Shown: positions 37,754 to 49,055 of the stretch, one piece after another | Layout of the letters: every line of letters starts with the position of its first letter | How positions within the stretch are numbered: the stretch's first letter is position 1 | Sequence record: SRR20825010_2222 | Direction: 5' to 3' (one strand) | DNA: 64,000 nucleotides | The notes under the pieces: model-generated | Database searches by the model: none | The model's input: the letters and a program-made list of their open reading frames with translations, nothing else | What the model was told of the DNA's origin: nothing | Translations under genes and position numbers: made by a program

Positions 37754-38785
37754 TCAGCGAAAAATTAGCTTCGCAATCCTGTCCTTTCCTGCGGCATATG
37801 CAATAGTGTCGTTCATAAACCTAAGGGTATAAAAAGACTCATCTGAAAGTTGCTTCCAGGTTTCACCAGTGTCATAAGAATAAGCAATACCCTCAAAACC
37901 AACGGCAACTAGTGACTTGCCGTAAGAATTTGGCACAAATTGAACGCAGCTTCTATAATTTGGCAATTGGCCATCGGCAATCAATTTCCAGGTTTTACCA
38001 CCGTCTGTGGTTACTGCCTTGTTCCCAGTATTTATTTCCGGTTCAGCATAATCCCCGCCAATAACAGCGCCCAGGTTTTCATCATAAAAATCAATGGAAA
38101 AGATACCTTGGGTAGTTTCTGCACTTGTTATGGGCGTTTTTATAACTTCCCAGGTAAGTCCCTTGTCCTTGGTGTGATAAACATTTCCATGTGTAGTTCC
38201 TATCCACGCCATGGTACCCAAAACCTTTATGTTGGAATTACTGGCGGCAAAGGCCCCCTCCCCGGTTTCCGACTTTGGCAAAGAAGAACATGATATTTTT
38301 TTCCAGGTACTACCGCCATCCCTAGTAATGATTATAGACAGGCACCCATTCATGCTGTCCCCAACGGCAATACCCTCCTGGTCGTTCCAAAAGGTCATGG
38401 CATCATAAAATACCTTCTCATCCTCTTCCTTATATACCAATTCCATATTGCCCTTGTCTCCGGTTTTGTACAACAAGGCCGGGTTTCCAATGGAAAGCAT
38501 GAAAAAATCGGTAGAATTTTGTGCTACTGCCCTAAATTCAGGAAGAATACTGTCATATTTTTGGGTATTGACCCTCACTTTATTGGACCTAAGATCCACT
38601 AAACCAAAAGCTCCCTTGTTGGCTGCAAATGCCATATTGCCGCCATCCATAATTTCTATGGCCCTAAAGCTCAATGAATCGGTATAAATGGTCTCTATTT
38701 TTACATCACTAAACACTCTCTGTTCTTCCATTTCTGAACAGGAACCAAAAATGCATAGAATGAGAATCACCAAATAATTGCGCAT
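37754..38785 (-). CDS. YCF48/BNR-repeat beta-propeller lipoprotein
   Basis: Lipobox FGSC; Asp-box repeats TRDGGSTW, TKDKGLTW, TTDGGKTW, SYDTGETW. Confidence 0.85.
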   Translation of the reverse strand: MRNYLVILILCIFGSCSEMEEQRVFSDVKIETIYTDSLSFRAIEIMDGGNMAFAANKGAFGLVDLRSNKVRVNTQKYDSILPEFRAVAQNSTDFFMLSIGNPALLYKTGDKGNMELVYKEEDEKVFYDAMTFWNDQEGIAVGDSMNGCLSIIITRDGGSTWKKISCSSLPKSETGEGAFAASNSNIKVLGTMAWIGTTHGNVYHTKDKGLTWEVIKTPITSAETTQGIFSIDFYDENLGAVIGGDYAEPEINTGNKAVTTDGGKTWKLIADGQLPNYRSCVQFVPNSYGKSLVAVGFEGIAYSYDTGETWKQLSDESFYTLRFMNDTIAYAAGKDRIAKLIFR

Positions 38786-38856
38786 GCTTATAATTTTCCC
38801 CAAAAATAATAGGAATAGGTTCTAATACAATACCTTTGCAATCTTAATTTTTTAAA

Positions 38857-40080
38857 ATGCGATTACATAGAAATCTAGTGTTTGCGGTTGTTGATGCGTT
38901 AAATTATATATTTAATGAAGGTGAATATGCAGATAAGGTAGTGGAAAAAGTATTAAAATATGACAAACGATGGGGTGCCCGGGACAGAGGTTTTATTGCT
39001 GAGACCACCTACGAAATGGTGCGATGGAGGAGATTGTACGCCGAAATAGCCGAAGTTAAGGCCCCATATAGCAGGCCCAATCTATTTAGAATGTTTGCTG
39101 TTTGGGCCGTTCTTAAAGGCATTAAACTACCGGACTGGAAGCAAATTGAACCTACCCCGGAAAGAAGGATCAAAGGAAAATTTGATGAACTCTCCAAAAT
39201 AAGAAAATATAGGGAATCCGTCCCCGATTGGATGGACGAGCTCTGTGCCAAATCCTTGGGCGAGGCCCTGTGGACCAAAGAAATACATGCCCTAAATGAA
39301 CAGGCCGAAGTAATTTTAAGGGTAAATACCTTAAAAACAACCAAGGATAATTTAAGTAGTGTTCTCCACGAAGCAGGCGTTGAAACAGAATCCATAAAAG
39401 GGTATCCAGATGCTTTAAGGCTAAAGGAACGTTCAAATGTATTTATTACCGAAGCCTTTAAAAATGGCTGGTTCGAAGTACAGGATGCCTCCTCCCAATT
39501 GGTAGCTCCATTTTTGGACGTTAAACCTGGTCAGCGTGTAGTAGATACCTGTGCAGGGGCAGGTGGTAAAACGCTTCATTTGGCAGCACTGATGGAAAAT
39601 AAGGGTCAGCTTATCGCACTTGATATTTATGGCAACAAACTAAAAGAATTAAAAAGAAGGGCCAAACGCGATGGTGCGCATAATGTGGAAACCAGGGCCA
39701 TAGATTCTACCAAGGTAATTAAAAAGCTATACGACACAGCAGATAGGGTACTAATAGATGCGCCCTGTACAGGATTGGGGGTTTTAAAGAGAAACCCCGA
39801 TGCCAAGTGGAAACTGCAACCCGATTTCTTGGAAAAAATTATGGTTACCCAACAACAAATCCTACAGGATTACAGTAGAATAGTTAAGCCTGGAGGGAAA
39901 TTGGTCTACGCCACCTGTTCCATATTGCCACAAGAAAATATTCAGCAAGTAAAGAAATTCCTCGGCTCAGAGGCTGGCAAAGACTTTAGCCTTATCAAGG
40001 ATAGCAACATATATGCCTGCAAAACTGGATTTGACGGATTCTACATGGCCCTTTTGGAAAAGAAACCCGCTTCAAAATAA
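38857..40080 (+). CDS. RsmB/NOP family RNA m5C methyltransferase
   Basis: QDASSQ, DTCAGAGGK, DAPCTG and YATCS motifs; TACCTTTG upstream. Confidence 0.92.
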   Translation: MRLHRNLVFAVVDALNYIFNEGEYADKVVEKVLKYDKRWGARDRGFIAETTYEMVRWRRLYAEIAEVKAPYSRPNLFRMFAVWAVLKGIKLPDWKQIEPTPERRIKGKFDELSKIRKYRESVPDWMDELCAKSLGEALWTKEIHALNEQAEVILRVNTLKTTKDNLSSVLHEAGVETESIKGYPDALRLKERSNVFITEAFKNGWFEVQDASSQLVAPFLDVKPGQRVVDTCAGAGGKTLHLAALMENKGQLIALDIYGNKLKELKRRAKRDGAHNVETRAIDSTKVIKKLYDTADRVLIDAPCTGLGVLKRNPDAKWKLQPDFLEKIMVTQQQILQDYSRIVKPGGKLVYATCSILPQENIQQVKKFLGSEAGKDFSLIKDSNIYACKTGFDGFYMALLEKKPASK

Positions 40081-40091
40081 AAAATGAACAA

Positions 40092-40131
40092 AAAAAAGAG
40101 GCTGTCCATGCTTATGGACAGCCTCTTTTTT
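40092..40131. terminator. Bidirectional terminator
   Basis: AAAAAAGAGGCTGTCCAT-gctt-ATGGACAGCCTCTTTTTT perfect stem. Confidence 0.9.
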
Positions 40132-40142
40132 GGTTCTGGTTC

Positions 40143-40583
40143 CTAAAGTCCTATTCTAACACTAGGAGCACTAATCCCTACTCCCGTGCGAACCGTTGTT
40201 CTTCTGGGATAGCTCCTATAACTGTAATGGTCGTTATGGTAATAATAAAAGCTGGCATGGGTATGGTAATGCTGACTATGATGACAATGGGAGTCACAAT
40301 GCTCACGATGTTCCGCATAGGCGTCCCTTTTACCTTTCATATAAGCCTTATGGGCCTTTCTATCCCTTTTCTTTAATTCACGCTCATATTCCTTTTGCGA
40401 TTCCCAAAATTCCTCTTCCTCCGATTCAGCCAATTCCTGTGATTGCTCAAATTGTGCATCCTCCTTGGCTCTTTGTTCATAATAAGTAAGTTTTTCCTTT
40501 TCGGTGGATTCTACTTCCTGGGCTATTGATCCGATAAAAGAAAAAAGTAGGATCGCTAAACTTAAAAATTGTAATCTCTTCAT
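40143..40583 (-). CDS. Secreted hypothetical protein with His/Cys-rich segment
   Basis: Signal peptide, acidic coil, HREHCDSHCHHSQHYHTH. Confidence 0.75.
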   Translation of the reverse strand: MKRLQFLSLAILLFSFIGSIAQEVESTEKEKLTYYEQRAKEDAQFEQSQELAESEEEEFWESQKEYERELKKRDRKAHKAYMKGKRDAYAEHREHCDSHCHHSQHYHTHASFYYYHNDHYSYRSYPRRTTVRTGVGISAPSVRIGL

Positions 40584-40686
40584 AACTTAAATGTTTTATT
40601 TAAACTGTGATTTATTTAATAGCACTGTTTGTATATAAAACAACCAATAGGAAAATTACCCTACCTAGTTTAGAAAAAAATAATTT

Positions 40687-42498
40687 TCAAAAAACCTCCT
40701 TCTTGGAATTTGTAGTGAGTACATCGGGATGCATCAACGATTCTGCCAAACTACCAGTCTTGGGCAACTCGTACTTGAAATAGAATTTCATGGTATGGAT
40801 TTTACTTTCGTAGAAAGTTTTGGAATAAGTCTGGTCCCCCTCCAGTATATTTCGCTGTGCATTTACAGCAATATCCAACCACAACCACCCTATTACTACG
40901 TGACTTAAAAATTCCATAAACAAATTGGCATCGGACAGAAAGCGCTCATAATTTCCTTTTTTGGCAAAGGGAACCAAAAAATCCAAAACGCTCCTTGTCA
41001 ACTTAATCTTATCGCCCAATATTTTGGCCGAAGAACGCAATTCATCAAACTCCATTGCCTCGGTTATGGTATGCAATATTTCAGTCAGCAATAATTCCAG
41101 AGCTTTTCCATTCTCCATGGGGACCTTACGTCCCAATAAATCCTGGGATTGGATACCCGTAGTACCTTCATAGATACTAAATATCCTAATATCGCGGTAG
41201 TATTGCTGAAGTATAAAATCCGAACAGAATCCGTATCCACCCAATACCTGCACCCCATTGCTCACTGATAAAGTTCCTGCCTCCGTAGGATAAGTTTTTA
41301 CTATAGGAATTACCATTTCCAATAAAAGACCGTACTTTTTCTTGGTTTCTGGGTCCTTGGTGGATTGTATAATATCGTAATACTTGGCAGCCAATAAAAC
41401 CAAACTTAAAGAACCTTCGGCAATTGCTTTTTGCAATAACAGCATACGCCTAACATCTGGATGTTCAATTATTAAACAAGGTTTTTCATCAGGATCTTTT
41501 TTTCCGTCACTGGAAAGCTTTCGCCCCTGGGGTCGTTCATTCGCATACTCCAAAGAGGCCTGATAAGCTGCCATGCTTATGGCTGCACCCCCACGTCCTA
41601 CACTTATCCTGGCACTGTTCATCATTAAAAACATATATTTAAGCCCCTTGTGTGCCTGCCCTACCAGCCAGCCATGGCAATCGTCCTTGTCACCAAATCC
41701 TAGATGGGTCGTAGCATAACCCCTTTGACCCATTTTCTGAAAATCGGCCACGGTCATCACATCGTTATTGGTTAAACTTCCATCCTTCCCCATCCTAAGT
41801 TTAGGCACCACAAATAAGGATATGCCTTTGGTTCCGGACGGAGCACCTTCTATTCTGGCCAACAATAGGTGAACTACATTTTCTGCATATTGATGATCCC
41901 CGCCTGAAATGAATATTTTTTGTCCGGATATCTTATAATAACCTTCTTGGGTGGGAGTTGCTTTGGTAGTGATATCGGATAAGGAACTACCTGCCTGGGG
42001 CTCTGTAAGGCACATGGTACCTCCCCAAGCCCCGGATAACATTTTGGGAACATAGGTTTTCTTGAGGTCTTCATTGGCGAAATGAACAATCAGTTCTGCA
42101 GCGCCTTGGGTCAAACCGGCATATCCCGGCAGATGATTGTTGGCTGCCTCCTGGATATAGGCCGAAGCCGTATGAATTATAAATGGTAACTGCAGGCCAC
42201 CATCCCCATAATCAAAAGGACCGGAAATAATTCCCATTTCCCCACCCTTCTTCATCATTACATCAACCTGATTATGCACCATTATGGTTCCATTTTTATA
42301 AATGGCCGGTGTTTCATCCATCTCTTTGAAATAGGGAAATAATTCACGGTCGGAAAATTCTTTGATAGCATTTATAAACAAATCCAAAGAATCCTTGTCA
42401 TAATCTTGAAACCGTTCTGCTGTTAGCAAATTCTCCACCCCATGTACATGGTATAACAAATATTTTAATGTTGCGATATCTATATATTCCTTAGCCAT
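40687..42498 (-). CDS. Acyl-CoA dehydrogenase (long, about 600-aa type)
   Basis: MCLTEPQAGS, GQKIFISGG, QVLGGYG and IYEGTTGIQ motifs. Confidence 0.93.
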   Translation of the reverse strand: MAKEYIDIATLKYLLYHVHGVENLLTAERFQDYDKDSLDLFINAIKEFSDRELFPYFKEMDETPAIYKNGTIMVHNQVDVMMKKGGEMGIISGPFDYGDGGLQLPFIIHTASAYIQEAANNHLPGYAGLTQGAAELIVHFANEDLKKTYVPKMLSGAWGGTMCLTEPQAGSSLSDITTKATPTQEGYYKISGQKIFISGGDHQYAENVVHLLLARIEGAPSGTKGISLFVVPKLRMGKDGSLTNNDVMTVADFQKMGQRGYATTHLGFGDKDDCHGWLVGQAHKGLKYMFLMMNSARISVGRGGAAISMAAYQASLEYANERPQGRKLSSDGKKDPDEKPCLIIEHPDVRRMLLLQKAIAEGSLSLVLLAAKYYDIIQSTKDPETKKKYGLLLEMVIPIVKTYPTEAGTLSVSNGVQVLGGYGFCSDFILQQYYRDIRIFSIYEGTTGIQSQDLLGRKVPMENGKALELLLTEILHTITEAMEFDELRSSAKILGDKIKLTRSVLDFLVPFAKKGNYERFLSDANLFMEFLSHVVIGWLWLDIAVNAQRNILEGDQTYSKTFYESKIHTMKFYFKYELPKTGSLAESLMHPDVLTTNSKKEVF

Positions 42499-42696
42499 GG
42501 TATTTATATTTAGTATTTATTGGTATTATATTCCTAAGATACAATTTACTCTTCTAATTGAGGCCCCTAGTAAAAAAATGAAGTTATTTGGGCCGTATGG
42601 TCGGTAAAAAAACTTGAATCTACTATTCTGCTCTCCCACGCCAAAAAGCAAACATAAGTTTCTTACCTTTATTTTTTTATCCAAGTTAGCAAAAGA

Positions 42697-43563
42697 ATGA
42701 ACAATGAGCAGTCGGCCATAAGGACCACTTATTTCAGCATAGCTGGAAATATTATTTTGGCCGCAATTAAGGGTTTTGCAGGATTTTTTGGCAATTCCTA
42801 TGCTTTAATAGCCGATGCCATTGAATCCACTACCGATATTTTTTCCTCCCTCTTGGTATTGTTTGGACTTAAATATGCAAAAAGGCCGGCAGACGAAAAT
42901 CACCCCTACGGTCATGGTAAGATTGAACCCTTGATTACTTTTCTGGTAGTAGGATTTTTAATTACCTCAGCAACGATTATAGCCTATGAAAGTATTATGA
43001 ATATTTTAACCCCGCACAAAACGCCCAAATCCTGGACCCTATTGGTCCTAGGGGTCATTATTTTGTGGAAAGAGATTTCGTATAGGGTGGTCTTAAAAAA
43101 AAGCATCCAGACCAACAGCTCTTCCTTAAAGGCAGATGCCTGGCATCATAGAAGCGATGCCATCACCTCCATTATGGCATTCATAGGTATATCCATTGCC
43201 CTGATCTTTGGTAAAGGATATGAAACGGCCGATGATTGGGCTGCCTTGGCGGCCTCATTTTTTATTTTTTACAATGGATATCTGATCTTTAGACCTGCCT
43301 TGGGCGAAATAATGGACGAACATCTATATGATGACCTTATAGAGGAAATTCGAGAAGTTTCATTAACTGTTGATGGTATATTGGGAACTGAAAAATGTTT
43401 CATCCGTAAGGCCGGTACAAAATATCATATTGACCTTCATGCCCAGGTAAACGGCAGTATTAGTGTAAAAGAAGGGCATGACCTGTCCCACAAACTTAAG
43501 GACAGGCTCCGTAGGGATATACCCAATATTGGACATGTTTTGATTCATATAGAACCAAAATAA
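42697..43563 (+). CDS. Cation diffusion facilitator (FieF-like)
   Basis: HPYGHGK, ADAWHHRSD and LIHIEP motifs. Confidence 0.92.
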   Translation: MNNEQSAIRTTYFSIAGNIILAAIKGFAGFFGNSYALIADAIESTTDIFSSLLVLFGLKYAKRPADENHPYGHGKIEPLITFLVVGFLITSATIIAYESIMNILTPHKTPKSWTLLVLGVIILWKEISYRVVLKKSIQTNSSSLKADAWHHRSDAITSIMAFIGISIALIFGKGYETADDWAALAASFFIFYNGYLIFRPALGEIMDEHLYDDLIEEIREVSLTVDGILGTEKCFIRKAGTKYHIDLHAQVNGSISVKEGHDLSHKLKDRLRRDIPNIGHVLIHIEPK

Positions 43564-43706
43564 AAATTATAGCACAAGGTATTTCAAATTAGACCACATA
43601 CAGAAATTAACAATTGTTGTCCAAAACTGTTAACTATTCTAATGAAAAATTACACATTAAAACCGTAAATTTGCACCTTTCTCAACCTTACAATTTACAT
43701 AATTAG

Positions 43707-46700
43707 ATGATTCATTTCTTCGGAGACCTTAGCACTAACATATTTGCGGTACAGACCAAAAACGACCTGACCCAAGAAGATAGCGTAAAACTTACGTGGT
43801 TGTTTGGCAACCAACCTAAATTAAACGCGGCGTCATTGGACGCCTTTTTTGTTGGTCCCAGGGCAGCCATGATTACCCCGTGGAGCACCAATGCTACAGA
43901 GATAACCCAAAATATGGGAATTTCCGGTATAATTAGAATTGAGGAGTTTACTGCAGTAGACGAGGATGAAAAAGGGTACGACCCCATGCTTTCACAAAAA
44001 TATAGTGGCCTTTCACAGGATATTTTTAAGGTTGATGTAATGCCAGCACCTATTCTGGAAATAGTGGATATTGCCCAATATAATGAACAGGAGGGATTGG
44101 CCCTAAGTGATGAGGAAGTGGCCTATTTACAGCAAGTCTCCGAAAAAATTGGCCGCAAACTTACAGATTCCGAGGTGTTTGGCTTTAGTCAGGTGAATTC
44201 TGAACACTGTAGGCATAAAATTTTTAATGGGACTTTTGTTATCGACGGAGTAGAAAAATCGTCATCACTATTTAAGCTTATTAAAAAAACATCCCAGGAA
44301 CATCCAGGGGATATAGTATCGGCATATAAGGACAATGTGGCTTTTCTTAAAGGGCCCAAAGTGGTGCAGTTTGCCCCCAAAAGTGCTGACAAGCCAGATT
44401 TCTACCAAGAAAAACCATTCGAATCTGTTATCTCCCTAAAGGCCGAAACCCATAATTTCCCAACCACTGTAGAGCCTTTTAATGGGGCGGCCACAGGGGC
44501 GGGCGGAGAAATTAGGGACCGTTTGGCCGGTGGAAAAGGTTCCTTGCCCTTGGCAGGAACTGCTGTGTATATGACCGCATATTCCCGCCTGGAAGAAAAC
44601 AGGCCTTGGGAAAAGGGAATGCCAGAAAGAAATTGGTTGTACCAAACCCCAATGGATATACTAATAAAGGCGTCCAACGGAGCCTCCGATTTTGGAAACA
44701 AATTTGGACAACCCCTTATTGCGGGATCCGTACTAACATTTGAACATGATGAAGCCAATGAAAACCATGGAACTGGCCAGGGTAGAAAATTAGGATACGA
44801 CAAGGTAATTATGCAGGCCGGGGGTATTGGCTATGGAAAGGCTGAACAGGCAATAAAAGATATTCCCAAAACTGGTGATAAAATTGTAATCCTTGGAGGC
44901 GACAACTACCGTATTGGGATGGGCGGTGCTGCCGTATCCAGTGCCGATACTGGAGAATTTGGAGCAACTATAGAACTTAACGCCATTCAGCGTTCCAACC
45001 CGGAAATGCAAAAAAGGGCTGCAAACGCCATACGGGGAATGGTAGAGAGCGAGCATAACCCTATCGTTTCCATACACGATCATGGTGCAGGTGGACATCT
45101 AAATTGTCTATCCGAATTGGTCGAGGATACGGGAGGATTAATAGATATGGATAAACTGCCCATTGGAGACCCTACGCTATCCGCAAAAGAAACCATTGGC
45201 AACGAATCCCAAGAACGTATGGGATTGGTCATAGGAAAAAAGGATGTTGATATGCTGCACCGAATTGCAGATAGAGAAAGATCGCCCATGTATGAGGTTG
45301 GCGATGTTACGGGAGACAACCGCTTTACATTTAAATCTACCACAACTGGAGAAAGTCCAATGGACTTGGAACTATCCGATATGTTCGGGAGTTCTCCTAA
45401 AACTGTAATGAACGATTCCACAATAAAAAGAAAATATAAGGCCCCATCCTATTCCCTGGAACACTTTCATGATTATTTGGACCAGGTTCTGCAATTGGAA
45501 GCAGTAGCCGCCAAGGATTGGCTTACAAATAAGGTAGACCGCTGTGTAGGCGGCAAGGTGGCCAAACAGCAATGTGCCGGTCCACTGCAGTTACCCTTGA
45601 ACAATTGCGGTGTTATGGCGTTGGATTACAAAGGAAAGGAAGGAATTGCCACTTCTATTGGCCACTCCCCTATTTCAGGATTGATAGACCCCTCTGCTGG
45701 AAGTAAAAATAGTATCGCTGAAGCCTTGAGCAATATTGTTTGGGCACCTTTAAAAGACGGTTTGGACTCGGTTTCACTTTCCGCCAATTGGATGTGGCCC
45801 TGTAAAAATCCTGGAGAGGACGCAAGACTGTATGAGGCGGTTCAGGCCATTTCGGATTTTGCCATCGAGCTGGGAATAAACGTCCCAACCGGAAAAGACT
45901 CCCTGTCCATGAAACAACGCTACAAGGACGCAGAAGTTATAGCTCCTGGAACCGTTATCATTTCCGCCGCCGGAAACTGTACCGACATTGGCAAAGTGGT
46001 AGAACCTGTCTTACAAAAAAATGGCGGGGACATATATTACATCAATTTATCCCAAGATTCCTATAAATTGGGAGGATCATCCTTTGCACAAATATTGAAT
46101 ACCATTGGTGATGCTGCCCCCACTATAAATAATGCCAAAAATTTTAAGACCGTATTCAATACTTTCCAAGAGTTAATTCTCAACGGAAAAATCCTGGCCG
46201 GTCACGACGTAGCATCGGGCGGATTGATTACCACGCTTTTGGAACTGTGCTTTGCCGACCTTGATTTGGGTGCCGCACTGGATTTGACAAGTATAGGTGA
46301 AGCCGATACAATCAAATTATTGTTTTCAGAAAATGCGGGGATCGTTTTTCAAGCTAAGGACAGCTCCGTAGAAAAAGTATTGGCCGATGAAGGTATTGAG
46401 TATTTCAAAATTGGATCGGTGAGCACAACACCTACCCTGACCATAAAGAATCAGGGGATGGAAATGGGACTGAACATCAATTCCCTACGTGACACCTGGT
46501 TTAAAACATCCTATCTATTGGACCGAAGGCAAACCGCCAACAACTTGGCCAAAGAGCGCTACAACAATTACAAAAATCAGCCCCTAACCTACTCTTTTCC
46601 AACCCATTTTGATGGAAAATTGCCAGCTAAGGCAAATACGCGACCAAAAGCGGCCATCCTACGTGAAAAAGGCAGTAACTCGGAACGCGAAATGGCCAAT

Positions 46701-47393
46701 GCCATGTACCTGGCCGGTTTTGATGTTAAGGATGTCCATATGACCGACCTAATATCCGGAAGGGAGACCTTGGAAGATATTCAATTTATAGGTGCAGTCG
46801 GTGGATTCTCTAACTCTGATGTATTGGGAAGTGCCAAAGGCTGGGCAGGAGCTTTTAAATACAACGAAAAGGCCAATACGGCACTAAAGAATTTCTTTGC
46901 CAGACCCGATACCCTTTCCATAGGCATTTGTAACGGTTGTCAGCTATTCATGGAATTGGAATTGATCAATCCCGAGCACGCCGAACATGGAAAAATGACC
47001 TTTAATGATTCCCATAAACACGAAAGCGGATTTACTTCCGTAATTGTTCAAAAGAACAATTCCATTATGCTTTCAAGTTTGGAAGGTGCCAATTTGGGGG
47101 TTTGGATTTCCCACGGGGAAGGAAAATTTAAATTGCCCATGACCAAAGAAAATTACAATATAGTAGCCAATTACGGTTATGAAGGTTATCCGGCAAACCC
47201 TAATGGCAGTGATTTCAATACAGCCATGCTATGTGACGTCTCTGGCCGACATCTGGTGACCATGCCCCATATAGAGCGTTCCATTTTCCAGTGGAATTGG
47301 GCACATTACCCTGCTGACAGACTGGATGAGGTTTCTCCATGGCTAGAGGCATTTGTCAACGCCAGAAAATGGCTGGAAACCCATAAGGATTAA
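43707..47393 (+). CDS. purL: Phosphoribosylformylglycinamidine synthase (large type)
   Basis: NSEHCRHK, KAETHN, HDHGAGG, GICNGCQ and MPHIER motifs. Confidence 0.97.
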   Translation: MIHFFGDLSTNIFAVQTKNDLTQEDSVKLTWLFGNQPKLNAASLDAFFVGPRAAMITPWSTNATEITQNMGISGIIRIEEFTAVDEDEKGYDPMLSQKYSGLSQDIFKVDVMPAPILEIVDIAQYNEQEGLALSDEEVAYLQQVSEKIGRKLTDSEVFGFSQVNSEHCRHKIFNGTFVIDGVEKSSSLFKLIKKTSQEHPGDIVSAYKDNVAFLKGPKVVQFAPKSADKPDFYQEKPFESVISLKAETHNFPTTVEPFNGAATGAGGEIRDRLAGGKGSLPLAGTAVYMTAYSRLEENRPWEKGMPERNWLYQTPMDILIKASNGASDFGNKFGQPLIAGSVLTFEHDEANENHGTGQGRKLGYDKVIMQAGGIGYGKAEQAIKDIPKTGDKIVILGGDNYRIGMGGAAVSSADTGEFGATIELNAIQRSNPEMQKRAANAIRGMVESEHNPIVSIHDHGAGGHLNCLSELVEDTGGLIDMDKLPIGDPTLSAKETIGNESQERMGLVIGKKDVDMLHRIADRERSPMYEVGDVTGDNRFTFKSTTTGESPMDLELSDMFGSSPKTVMNDSTIKRKYKAPSYSLEHFHDYLDQVLQLEAVAAKDWLTNKVDRCVGGKVAKQQCAGPLQLPLNNCGVMALDYKGKEGIATSIGHSPISGLIDPSAGSKNSIAEALSNIVWAPLKDGLDSVSLSANWMWPCKNPGEDARLYEAVQAISDFAIELGINVPTGKDSLSMKQRYKDAEVIAPGTVIISAAGNCTDIGKVVEPVLQKNGGDIYYINLSQDSYKLGGSSFAQILNTIGDAAPTINNAKNFKTVFNTFQELILNGKILAGHDVASGGLITTLLELCFADLDLGAALDLTSIGEADTIKLLFSENAGIVFQAKDSSVEKVLADEGIEYFKIGSVSTTPTLTIKNQGMEMGLNINSLRDTWFKTSYLLDRRQTANNLAKERYNNYKNQPLTYSFPTHFDGKLPAKANTRPKAAILREKGSNSEREMANAMYLAGFDVKDVHMTDLISGRETLEDIQFIGAVGGFSNSDVLGSAKGWAGAFKYNEKANTALKNFFARPDTLSIGICNGCQLFMELELINPEHAEHGKMTFNDSHKHESGFTSVIVQKNNSIMLSSLEGANLGVWISHGEGKFKLPMTKENYNIVANYGYEGYPANPNGSDFNTAMLCDVSGRHLVTMPHIERSIFQWNWAHYPADRLDEVSPWLEAFVNARKWLETHKD

Positions 47394-47395
47394 TT

Positions 47396-47848
47396 ATGAC
47401 CTTTAGACAAGCTACCAAGGAAGACCTTCCGTCAATAATAGAAATGATAGCCAATGATACCTTGGGCCATTTACGGGAGAGGTTTGAAGACCCTCTGCCC
47501 AAAGAGTACTATAATGCTTTTGAAAGCATTGACGGGGACAGGAATCAGGAACTGATGGTTATAGAGAATTCTAAGGGCGAAGTGGTAGCCTCCTTTCAAT
47601 TGAGTTTTCTCCAATACTTAACCTATGTAGGAGGCATCCGCTGTCTTGTAGAAAATGTACATGTAAGGGAAGATCAAACGGGCAAGGGAATAGGCAAACA
47701 AATGTTTAATTGGATTATTGAAAGAGCAAAGGAAAAAGGCGTTCATTTAGTACAGTTAACCTCCAACAAACTGCGGCCCAATGCTATTCGATTTTATGAA
47801 GGCATCGGATTCAAAGCTACCCACGAAGGATTTAAGCTACATCTCTAA
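47396..47848 (+). CDS. GNAT family N-acetyltransferase
   Basis: QTGKGIG acetyl-CoA motif, AIRFYE..GF. Confidence 0.9.
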   Translation: MTFRQATKEDLPSIIEMIANDTLGHLRERFEDPLPKEYYNAFESIDGDRNQELMVIENSKGEVVASFQLSFLQYLTYVGGIRCLVENVHVREDQTGKGIGKQMFNWIIERAKEKGVHLVQLTSNKLRPNAIRFYEGIGFKATHEGFKLHL

Positions 47849-47859
47849 TTCCACAAATT

Positions 47860-47902
47860 AAAATCCCCTGAATAGAAGTTGACTTTTATTCAGGGGATTT
47901 TT
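47860..47902. terminator. Bidirectional terminator
   Basis: AAAATCCCCTGAATA..TATTCAGGGGATTTT. Confidence 0.85.
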
Positions 47903-47945
47903 ATATAAATAATTATACTTCCATAGAGGAAATCAAATTTACTTT

Positions 47946-49055
47946 CTACTTCTTGGAATAATCAGCATGGATAGCCTTATCAAAGGCCTCCCAATGCTCC
48001 GGCTTCATTCTTTCGGGGGTAAAAAGGCAAATTCCCGCGGCTCCGTTCTCCATGGAAGTTCTAATGGCCGTTTCTATTTCTGAAGGCAATAATCCGTGAT
48101 TTTCAGGGTCATTTTCCTTTGTTTTGTTCTCCGGGTTTGGACATATGAAAAGTCCACTAAAAATAGGCTTTTTACCCTTAACGGATTCCACTTCCTCCTT
48201 GGTTATTTCTCCCACCCATTCAGGACCTTTTAGATAAAAATCGTTATAGTTCATAGGATAAAAGGCATCCAAGTCCCATTTGTTCCATTCCTGTCTAACC
48301 ATTTTCATTGCATTGCTAGGCCCGGGAAAAACCGCCGCATTTATCTTTTTACCTTTGTCATGTACTACCTTGGACAAACGATTTACAATGTTGGTAATTA
48401 AATCATATCTAAACTGCTTCCATTCCTGTACTTTGGACGGATCTTCAACCTCTTTTATGTCGATTCCTGATTGCTCTTTAAAATCACCTACACATTTATC
48501 ACAATAGCAATAATCGGCCACCGGATATTCCTCGTTCATCACCAGTCCATATTTGTCCCAAAGGCCCTCGGCCAATATAACATCCGGGAAACGGATATAA
48601 TCCAAATGTATCCCATCTACTTCTTCCACGGCTGCAATATTTCCGTATAGTTCGGACAGGAAGGCAAAAGAACCCTCCTTATTGGGGCAAAGAAATTTGT
48701 AATACGAAACATATGCGGGTTTATCAAAAGCTGATTCCCCATTGCGGTTTATCGCATAAAGATCTTGTGGCAATTTAGGATTGTCTCCCTGCACCATTGT
48801 AGGTACCCATGTATGGAATTCCATTCCCGCATCCTTTACCAATTTACCTACCCGCTTATACGTTTCTGGATTATGTCCGCCGTTGTACATCAGGCCATCT
48901 ATCCCTTTTTCCTTATAATTCTTAAAAGTTGCCATCAATTCTTGATCTGTAGCCTCCCCAGGACCACCAGTCCATGCATATACAGGGATTTTGGTTTTTT
49001 CGGCACAGGAAATCATAGTAAAAATAACTACTGCCGTTACAAAAAGCTTTTTCAT
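47946..49055 (-). CDS. Glycoside hydrolase-like lipoprotein (GHL10/DUF187-like TIM barrel)
   Basis: Lipobox ISC; DGIHLDYIRFP, AAVFP and FYPMNY motifs. Confidence 0.75.
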   Translation of the reverse strand: MKKLFVTAVVIFTMISCAEKTKIPVYAWTGGPGEATDQELMATFKNYKEKGIDGLMYNGGHNPETYKRVGKLVKDAGMEFHTWVPTMVQGDNPKLPQDLYAINRNGESAFDKPAYVSYYKFLCPNKEGSFAFLSELYGNIAAVEEVDGIHLDYIRFPDVILAEGLWDKYGLVMNEEYPVADYCYCDKCVGDFKEQSGIDIKEVEDPSKVQEWKQFRYDLITNIVNRLSKVVHDKGKKINAAVFPGPSNAMKMVRQEWNKWDLDAFYPMNYNDFYLKGPEWVGEITKEEVESVKGKKPIFSGLFICPNPENKTKENDPENHGLLPSEIETAIRTSMENGAAGICLFTPERMKPEHWEAFDKAIHADYSKK

